Below are positions 17,025-23,270 of a DNA stretch of 32,000 nucleotides, piece by piece. The position numbers and the translations under genes are program-made. The first letter of the stretch is position 1. Every line of letters begins with the position of its first letter. This stretch comes from Chlamydiota bacterium (lineage in GTDB: Bacteria > Auribacterota > JACPWU01): NCBI GenBank assembly GCA_016196885.1, contig JACPWU010000053.1, forward strand, positions 504 to 32,503, read 5' to 3'. The notes under the pieces were generated by a model. The model had not been told where the DNA came from. It saw only the letters and a program-made list of their open reading frames with translations, and did no database searches.

Positions 17025-18347
17025 ATGAAAAAAATAATCCTCGCTTCTCTCTTTTTACTCATGGTTCTTTCACTTCTTCAAGCTTCTCCCATCCCCCAAC
17101 CCTTGATCCAATCCTTACAAGGAGAAGTCCAAATTCTTAAAACCCAGGGGAGCGAACCGGCCAAAACAGGAATGGCCCTTTCAACATCGGATATTCTTTC
17201 CACGGGACCTCATTCCTTTTGCGTGATCAAAATGGACGAAGAGAATTCCCTTCGTGTGAAGCAAAACTCCAAAATTAAAATCAAAAAAATATGGGAAGAG
17301 GTTCAAAAATCAGACGGCCGTGTGGTTCAGGAATACCGAGTGAATGTGACCCAGGGCGAGCTCACTGCCCAATTAGGAAAACTCCCCAAAGACAGCGAAT
17401 TCAAAGTCTCAAGCCCTGTCGCCGTCGCAGGAGCAAAAGGAACGGTTTACACAACAAGAGTAGAAGGAGAAAGCGGGAAGACACGGGTAAGCGTTCTAGA
17501 CCATGAAGTCTTAGTCGAAAGTTTGGACAGTCCTAACAAAACAGTCACTGTGCAAAAATTTAGATGGGTGGACACGGCCCCCTGGGACGAAACAACACTC
17601 AACGCAACAGGACGCGCTCTCCTCTCCGAGGCCATTTTAGGAAAAAATTTTGCGAAACAGGCGGAACAAAATGCACAAATTCAAGCTATCGGAACAGGCC
17701 CTTCCCCAGAGGAAGCCAAATTTAAGGCTACCTACAACCTATCCAGAATCGCCCTTCAACTCCATGTAGAACCAGAAAAAACCGTCGGCGCCTATATTTC
17801 TCAAAGCACGGAACAAACTCAAAAATTTTATCAGGCGATTGCAAAAGCACAAGTCACCGAGCCCACTCAAAAAGAAGACGGGTCCTTAGAGGCCAAGGCC
17901 CAAATCAATGTTAAAGATTTGGCAGAAGCTTTGAAACATCCCCTTTCAGGGATCACACAAAGCATCATTCCCGTCACCCTTTCCGAATACTCATCAAAAT
18001 TTGGAGCGCTGGCCCGCGTGACCACACAGCGAGCGGCCCAAGTAGAAGGATATCGAAACCTCGCCGAAATCATTTATGGCGTTGTGATCGACTCAAACAC
18101 CACCGTGCAAGACTTGGCCGTAAAAAATGACACGGTTCGCACAGTTGTTCAAGGCGTGGTCAAGGGAGCCAAGGTCGTGAACACTCAATACTTCTCTGAC
18201 GGCTCCGTCATTGTCTCTCTGGAAATTCAGGGAGGACTCATTCCTCAACAGTTAGGGACAACCACAGGCAATGTATTTGGACAAAATTATCTCTCGAGTC
18301 CCAGAATCGTCCAATACGATGAAATCGTAGATTATTTGAACCTTTGA
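17025..18347 (+). CDS. Secreted FecR-domain protein fused to two FlgP/LPP20-like domains
   Basis: Signal peptide, then a FecR-like N-terminus (GEVQILKTQGSEPAKTGMALSTSDILSTGPHSFCVIKMDEENSLRVKQNSKI). The C-terminus carries RAAQVEGYRNLAEIIYGVVIDSNTTVQDL..GAKVVNTQYFSDGSVIVSLEI, the same domain as the proteins at 21893-23786. A weaker copy lies at IQAIGTGPSPEEAKFKATYNL. Confidence 0.7.
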   Translation: MKKIILASLFLLMVLSLLQASPIPQPLIQSLQGEVQILKTQGSEPAKTGMALSTSDILSTGPHSFCVIKMDEENSLRVKQNSKIKIKKIWEEVQKSDGRVVQEYRVNVTQGELTAQLGKLPKDSEFKVSSPVAVAGAKGTVYTTRVEGESGKTRVSVLDHEVLVESLDSPNKTVTVQKFRWVDTAPWDETTLNATGRALLSEAILGKNFAKQAEQNAQIQAIGTGPSPEEAKFKATYNLSRIALQLHVEPEKTVGAYISQSTEQTQKFYQAIAKAQVTEPTQKEDGSLEAKAQINVKDLAEALKHPLSGITQSIIPVTLSEYSSKFGALARVTTQRAAQVEGYRNLAEIIYGVVIDSNTTVQDLAVKNDTVRTVVQGVVKGAKVVNTQYFSDGSVIVSLEIQGGLIPQQLGTTTGNVFGQNYLSSPRIVQYDEIVDYLNL

Positions 18348-18360
18348 ACTTTAGTGAACC
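18335..18360 (+). repeat. TTTGAACC TTTGAACT TTAGTGAACC tract at the FecR-fusion 3' end
   Basis: Direct reading. Same TTGAAC(C/T) unit as at 14956-14980 and 23237-23286. Confidence 0.75.
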
Positions 18361-19098
18361 ATGTTCCTTTTTCTTAGACTGCTTCTGGCTCATTTCATTG
18401 GAGATTTTCCCTTACAAATCGGCGTGGTTTATTCAGCCAAAGTAAAAAGTGTTCAAGGGAAAATACTTCACGCAGGCCTCGTCACCCTTTCCATGATTGT
18501 CTTTACCTGGCCTTACTGGAAAAATTGGATTTACTGGGGTCTAATCCTTTTCTTAGGAACGCTTCATTTCTTTCAAGACTGGGGGAAACTCGCCATTGCT
18601 CAGAGGATCAAAAATTCTAATAACTTTTTTCTCTACATGGCCGATCAAGTTCTTCATGTGGCCAGTTTCTTCATGATCTGGCTAACGCCCTTACCTCAAA
18701 TCCCGATGAGGGCGAGTCATTCTTTTTTCATCTCTGGACTCTACTTCAACGATAAAGTAACGATCTTTCTGATTGCTGTTTTGGCCGTGAGTTTTGCAGG
18801 GACTTTTACCCTGGCCACCTTCAAGGCCACTTTCCTGTCAGAACGGTTCTACACCCCCTATCTCGACCCCCTGGAGAAAAACTATGGAATTTTAGAAAGA
18901 GGCGTCATGCTCGAATTTTTGATTTTATCCCCGAAGCTCATCTGGCTTTTTCCCCTCTTCCTCCTCTCAAAATTCTTCTATGCCAACCACCAGATCAAAA
19001 AAATCGAAGGAAACCCCTTCACACCTTTTCTCTTGGACACCGTTCTGGGAATGATTTTAACGACCCTCATTTACAAAATATACACCCTCTTCTCCTGA
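18361..19098 (+). CDS. DUF3307 family membrane protein
   Basis: LLLAHFIGDFPLQ hallmark at the N-terminus and multiple TM helices. Starts 13 nt after the preceding gene. Confidence 0.7.
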   Translation: MFLFLRLLLAHFIGDFPLQIGVVYSAKVKSVQGKILHAGLVTLSMIVFTWPYWKNWIYWGLILFLGTLHFFQDWGKLAIAQRIKNSNNFFLYMADQVLHVASFFMIWLTPLPQIPMRASHSFFISGLYFNDKVTIFLIAVLAVSFAGTFTLATFKATFLSERFYTPYLDPLEKNYGILERGVMLEFLILSPKLIWLFPLFLLSKFFYANHQIKKIEGNPFTPFLLDTVLGMILTTLIYKIYTLFS

Positions 19099-19109
19099 TC
19101 AGGAGGCTT

Positions 19110-19171
19110 GACCAAAATGCACCCAATTGCATTTTGGTCTTGACTAAAATGCAATGGGGTGCATTTTGGTC
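19110..19171. repeat. Two adjacent 30-nt hairpins built from four copies of the 12-mer GACCAAAATGCA
   Basis: GACCAAAATGCA cccaat TGCATTTTGGTC tt GACTAAAATGCA atgggg TGCATTTTGGTC. The two loops are nearly complementary to each other. Confidence 0.9.
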
Positions 19172-19253
19172 ACTATGGATAGAATCCAAAAAAAGCTTAA
19201 AACACTACATCACTTCGGCTCTGAGTGATCCTCAAAAAGAAAGATCTTTCGTC

Positions 19254-19281
19254 CCCAGCCCTTTGTTAACAAAGGGCTGGG
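19254..19281. repeat. Perfect 28-nt palindrome CCCAGCCCTTTGTTAACAAAGGGCTGGG
   Basis: Self-complementary over all 28 nt. Lies 35 nt downstream of the CsgG-like stop. No flanking T-tract on either strand. Confidence 0.9.
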
Positions 19282-19315
19282 TCCTCGAGATGACACACAA
19301 ACTAGTGCGTTTGTA

Positions 19316-20266
19316 TCAACCCTCAAACTTCAAAACATCGCCGCGTTGAAAACCACCCCCCCCTACTGTGGTTGCAATTGAAAATTTATCCTGAACTTGA
19401 GAAACTTGAATCAGGCCAATTTTGGTGAGTTCAGAACCCAAATCCATTCCGGTGTCAGGATCCACCAAGGTTTCACCTGGACGATAGACTGTAAGCGTAT
19501 CCCCCATCTGAATACCCGCCGAAGCTCCGGCATTGACAAACACTTTACCCTCCGGCTTCACATCCACAATGCGACCCAACCAAGGAACACTTTGCATACG
19601 ACCCACAATAAAAAAAACAGACTTATCAATCGCCTGCTGACAAGCCTGGCCCAAAGGCGTCTTATCAAAACCCGCTCCACCAAAGGCAAAGTCGCTGTCC
19701 GTGTACGAAAAGGAAAGACCTCCCGCTTCAGCAATTCCTTCACAATGTTGAGAGTCCAAAACCTGACCGGTGGTTGTATCATAGATACGAATATTGACAC
19801 CCACCTTGGCCCGCGATTGATTGGCCCCAATGCGAAAACCATGAACAGCAAATCCACCGCCCTCGCCCCCGCCAGAGGCTTCAAATTCAGTCACAGCGCC
19901 ACTGATCATGATTTGACTCTTAAGAATTTTTCCAATCTTGGCCGCCTCTCCACCCGCCGTGCGACCACTGACTCCAAAATCTTGTTCAGCAATCACCTTT
20001 TCAATTTCGGGACGCTCCACCACAATAAAACGCCCGCTTCGAATGAGTGCAGTGGTCAACATCTCGGCCATGCCATTGCCCAAATCCCATTTGGCCCACT
20101 GACCTGCCTTATTTTCAAAAGTCCCGACCGCAATGGTTTTCTTAGGGCCACTGGGAGCCGGCAAGGCCGCCACAGGAGCCGCCTTCACGGGATACGCAAA
20201 GGCCCCGCCCACTGAACACAAAAGTGAAGCAATCGCTAAAACACTCAAAACCTTCATCTTTTTCAT
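19316..20266 (-). CDS. CsgG/HfaB-family outer-membrane protein with a ~90-aa C-terminal extension
   Basis: Signal peptide MKKMKVLSVLAIASLLCSVGGAFA. CsgG pattern TIAVGTFENKAG..WDLGNGMAEMLTTALIRSGRFIVVERPEIEKVIAEQDF...ISGAVTEFE. Start at ATG 20266 with AGGAG upstream. The track's 35-codon N-terminal extension translates the 100-nt repeat element. Confidence 0.85.
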   Translation of the reverse strand: MKKMKVLSVLAIASLLCSVGGAFAYPVKAAPVAALPAPSGPKKTIAVGTFENKAGQWAKWDLGNGMAEMLTTALIRSGRFIVVERPEIEKVIAEQDFGVSGRTAGGEAAKIGKILKSQIMISGAVTEFEASGGGEGGGFAVHGFRIGANQSRAKVGVNIRIYDTTTGQVLDSQHCEGIAEAGGLSFSYTDSDFAFGGAGFDKTPLGQACQQAIDKSVFFIVGRMQSVPWLGRIVDVKPEGKVFVNAGASAGIQMGDTLTVYRPGETLVDPDTGMDLGSELTKIGLIQVSQVQDKFSIATTVGGGGFQRGDVLKFEG

Positions 20267-20301
20267 GACCTTTAGATTTCTCCTTTCACAAATTAATTTC
20301 G

Positions 20302-20404
20302 ATGATCTTTCGAGATCATCGTATGCAATGAAAGTTCTCCCCATCATGTTTTTTGTAGTCGCCCGATTCATCGGGCAGCCCCATAAATGGGGCGACTACA
20401 AAAA
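20302..20404 (+). repeat. ~100-nt GC-rich structured repeat element, copy B
   Basis: Same orientation as copy A. Over the ~100-nt core I count 4 substitutions plus a 2-nt length difference in the T-run. Lies 36 nt upstream of the CsgG-like start codon. Confidence 0.9.
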
Positions 20405-20417
20405 GAACCTATTCTGG

Positions 20418-21560
20418 CTAAAGAGGTGCTTGTCTTTCCCCAACCCACTTCACATCAATACGGTTTTGAGATTTTGCCGTGACCGCCAAGGCAATGCCGG
20501 GAAGATTCTCTAAGTGAACATCAAAATCTTTCCAGATCGCCCCATCCACAGTCAAATCTAAAATCAAAATATTATTCACAAAACTTCTTTCATTCACACT
20601 CTGAATTCCTCGAATTTCTTCCAAGGTCTTGACAAGCATTTGCTTCGCAGTCGCATTCACACCACTGGCTACCACTTGAATGTTCACCACGTTATAGGCC
20701 TCGCTACGCATTTTCTCAACCATTTCACTCATCAATTTATCTGCCAATTGCCCAGCCCCGAACCGAAGGGCATCCTTAGCAGTTGGAATGCGACCGCCGC
20801 CCCTGGCTTCTCCTTCAACATCATCAGACACCATCACTTCAGCTGTATCTGTTTTAATCACCCGAGCTGAAATCTGGGAGCGGTAAGCAAAAACAGAAAC
20901 GCCGTAGGGTCTAGAATGATCAATCAAATCTGCCGTGGCCTGCCCCACCACCACCATCTCTGCTCCAGATTGACGTCCCAGGGCAGCTGCTTTTTGAGGG
21001 TCGGCATAACTCAAGGCCGCATCTCTTTCCTTAATCATCTGTATCTGATTTTTGTCCACCAGAGGAAAATCCTTGGCAAGAAAAGCCCTCTCCATTTCAG
21101 TTTGAGTCACGGCACCTGCCTGCTCCAATCCATCAATCAATTCAGCAAAAATGAACATCACCCTTGGATTTTCCCGACGCTTCATCGTAATCTTAAGCGC
21201 CTTCAAATTCTTTTCCAAAAGGCCCAAGGCAACCACCGCCCGAACACGAATCACATAAAGCCCATCTTGACCTTGATTATCATTAATCACTTCATAGCTT
21301 GTGACATAACCCTTCACCTGAGAATAGACTTGATCGTCCAAAAGCTGAAAATTGCTGACCATGGTTTCAGAATCAATAATCGAACCCACGCCCTGCTCAA
21401 TGGCATTCCTGAGCGCCCGATTCAAAGCCTCATCATGGGCCTGCAAACTATTTCCTACAGATTTCCCCTCAGCTTCAATCGCTGTCTCAGCAACTTGAGC
21501 AGAAAGTTGAAAACCTGAAAGCATCCCTAATAATGTAAAAAACATGATCCATCTTTTCAT
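20418..21560 (-). CDS. FlgT-like periplasmic protein (LPP20/FlgT_N-like N-domain plus an alpha/beta middle domain and a C-domain)
   Basis: Signal peptide, then AEGKSVGNSLQAHDEALNRALRNAIEQGVGSIIDSETMVSNFQLLDDQVYSQVKGYV..LYVIRVRAVV, which resembles FlgT N-terminal/LPP20-type domains. ~380 aa, similar in size to Vibrio FlgT. Assignment by eye. Confidence 0.5.
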   Translation of the reverse strand: MKRWIMFFTLLGMLSGFQLSAQVAETAIEAEGKSVGNSLQAHDEALNRALRNAIEQGVGSIIDSETMVSNFQLLDDQVYSQVKGYVTSYEVINDNQGQDGLYVIRVRAVVALGLLEKNLKALKITMKRRENPRVMFIFAELIDGLEQAGAVTQTEMERAFLAKDFPLVDKNQIQMIKERDAALSYADPQKAAALGRQSGAEMVVVGQATADLIDHSRPYGVSVFAYRSQISARVIKTDTAEVMVSDDVEGEARGGGRIPTAKDALRFGAGQLADKLMSEMVEKMRSEAYNVVNIQVVASGVNATAKQMLVKTLEEIRGIQSVNERSFVNNILILDLTVDGAIWKDFDVHLENLPGIALAVTAKSQNRIDVKWVGERQAPL

Positions 21561-21583
21561 CTAAGTTTTTCCTTTCTTAACCT

Positions 21584-21665
21584 GTCGTGAGTCGTCGGTC
21601 GTGAGTCGTGAGTAAAAACAAATACTTTTTAAACTCACGACTCACCCCTCACGACTCAAGACTAC
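21584..21665. repeat. Inverted tandem-heptamer element with conserved core (mini-lipoprotein|FlgT-like junction)
   Basis: GTCGTGA GTCGTCG GTCGTGA GTCGTGA G / taaaaacaaatactttttaaa / CTCACGA CTCACCC CTCACGA CTCAAGA CTAC. Confidence 0.9.
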
Positions 21666-21799
21666 TCGACCACTTCCGTCTGTTCTACCACCGTTTCATT
21701 CATAACATCTGTATGATGCTCATGAGGTGCTTCACAACCCCAAAGATTCGTAAGAATGACAGCCACATAAGCAACACCCATCCATTTGAAAAGCTTCAT
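21662..21799 (-). CDS. 45-aa putative lipoprotein
   Basis: Below the track cutoff: MKLFKWMGVAYVAVILTNLWGCEAPHEHHTDVMNETVVEQTEVVE. Has a lipobox-like LWGC and GGAG ~9 nt upstream. Bracketed by two repeat elements. Confidence 0.45.
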   Translation of the reverse strand: MKLFKWMGVAYVAVILTNLWGCEAPHEHHTDVMNETVVEQTEVVE

Positions 21800-21820
21800 G
21801 GTCTCTTCTCCTTGTTTTAA

Positions 21821-21884
21821 CAGTCGTCAGTCGTGAATGTTAAAGGTATTGTTTATTTTTTTACTCATCCTCACCCCTCACCAC
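21821..21884. repeat. Heptamer element with the conserved core in inverted orientation and non-matching arms
   Basis: CA GTCGTCA GTCGTGA / atgttaaaggtattgtttattttttta / CTCATCC TCACCCC TCACCAC. The core is the reverse complement of the taaaaa..ttaaaa core seen elsewhere. Confidence 0.8.
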
Positions 21885-21892
21885 AGCTTTTA

Positions 21893-23215
21893 TTACATTC
21901 TATACTTCCTCAACTTCTCCCACAAGCCCGCCAAAGACAACTGTACATCCACTTGAGCACTTCCATCTTCCAAATAACGAGGCTCACTCACTTGAGCCCC
22001 CGCCAAAAAAGTTTGAACCTGGGCATGGATGTCGTCATTCTGAACGGTAAAGTCCTTCACCGTGGTTTGAGAATCAATCCTAACCCCATAAACCATTTCA
22101 GCTAAATTCCGCTTGGCGTCCATTTCAGCAGCCCTGGCAGCCGCTAGTTTGGCTTCCATTCCCGTTTGCCCTTCAGGTGGGATACCCGTCCCTGTCGCAC
22201 TCACCACTTGGAGAGCCCACTCAGGGGTCGTGGGTTGGACCATGGCCACAGGTCCCTGCGCTTCTTGAGGAGCTGTCATGTATTTCTCAGGAGGAACTCC
22301 TTCTCCCGTGACACGGATGACTTTCTTAGGATAAAAATCCAGAACCTCCTCAAACTTGGTGGTTCTCAAATGCTCATGAGCCCAATGATGATAAGGATCG
22401 TAGTGAATGTACCAATCGCGAATGGTGGTCAACTCCTTCACCACCGTTTGAATCGCCACTTCCACATCCACTTGGCAAGTCCCATCGGGAAGATAACGAT
22501 AAGGTCCTGCAGTTCTCATCCCCTTGATAAAAGTATCTACCTTGGTTGTGACCTGATCGGACTCCGCCACAAAATCACGAACGTACGTATCAGCCGTGAT
22601 CTGAAGTCCCTTGATTCGCTCCGCCATGTTGCGATAGGCATCTACCTTTGCTGCCCGTTCAGCCATCATACGGCCCTGAGCCGTCACACTCTCCCAACCA
22701 GGAACTCCTGTACTGGGCACTGCGGAAACACTTTCACCCATGGGAGGAAGAGGAGCCTCACCTGGATTCAAACGAGGGGCCCCATGGCCGGTCTCACGAA
22801 TGACTTTTTGACGATTGACGGTGACCATTTGGTCGAATGAATACACGTGATCGTGGCACAAATGATGATACACGGTGTAAACCCTTTGCAACTGCTGCAC
22901 CACTTCTTCCAAGGTTACCTCCACACTCACCTCAGCCGAGCCATCTTCAAAATAACGGGGAGGACCCACGCGAACACCCTTGATAAAAGTGTCCAGCTCT
23001 GTATTGATTTCATCGGCCTCGGCCACAAAATCACGAACATACGTGGTCGCATTGATCTGTAAACCTTTGATTCTTTCAGCCAAATTACGATAGGCATCCG
23101 CTACGGCAGCCCGCTTCGCCAAAAGCTTTTCTTGCGCTGGTTGCAAGGCCCACGACGGACTGGCCATTACCCACGCAAAAGCAAACAACGTTAAAACACT
23201 CGCTAACTTTTTCAT
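21893..23215 (-). CDS. Secreted protein with three tandem FlgP/LPP20-like domains
   Basis: Signal peptide MKKLASVLTLFAFAWVMASPSWA. Three repeats of RAA..DAYRN(L/M)AE.I.G..I...T.V.DF.......v..FikG......Y..DGs..V.V. Start at ATG 23215 with GGAGG 8 nt upstream; the track start is GTG 23221. Confidence 0.7.
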   Translation of the reverse strand: MKKLASVLTLFAFAWVMASPSWALQPAQEKLLAKRAAVADAYRNLAERIKGLQINATTYVRDFVAEADEINTELDTFIKGVRVGPPRYFEDGSAEVSVEVTLEEVVQQLQRVYTVYHHLCHDHVYSFDQMVTVNRQKVIRETGHGAPRLNPGEAPLPPMGESVSAVPSTGVPGWESVTAQGRMMAERAAKVDAYRNMAERIKGLQITADTYVRDFVAESDQVTTKVDTFIKGMRTAGPYRYLPDGTCQVDVEVAIQTVVKELTTIRDWYIHYDPYHHWAHEHLRTTKFEEVLDFYPKKVIRVTGEGVPPEKYMTAPQEAQGPVAMVQPTTPEWALQVVSATGTGIPPEGQTGMEAKLAAARAAEMDAKRNLAEMVYGVRIDSQTTVKDFTVQNDDIHAQVQTFLAGAQVSEPRYLEDGSAQVDVQLSLAGLWEKLRKYRM

Positions 23216-23270
23216 ATACACTCCCTCCTCTTTCGCTTTTGAACTTCAGATTTTATAGTCCCTGTAGGGA

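Noticed and set aside
19134-19349. 71-aa plus-strand ORF in the convergent intergenic region
   Set aside because: It spans the double hairpin and the 28-nt palindrome, overlaps the CsgG-like 3' end, and has no SD or family signature.
3232-21884. Tandem repeats considered as CRISPR arrays
   Set aside because: The units are 7-8 nt and directly abutting with no spacers, the arrays are under 50 nt, and no cas genes are present. This is not CRISPR.
21608-22105. Plus-strand track ORFs 21608-21820 and 21833-22105
   Set aside because: Both start inside repeat arms and run antisense to better-supported minus-strand genes: the 45-aa lipoprotein, which has an SD and a lipobox, and the 3x FlgP-like gene.
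2472-22840. Long plus-strand ORFs opposite well-supported minus-strand genes (for example 2472-2837, 10675-11145, 14265-14771, 19397-20215, 20916-21518, 22166-22840)
   Set aside because: These are shadow ORFs antisense to genes with clear family signatures (ptsI, pyrG, DUF3108, CsgG-like, FlgT-like, 3x FlgP-like). Their translations are low-complexity and His/Arg/Leu-rich, with no motifs.
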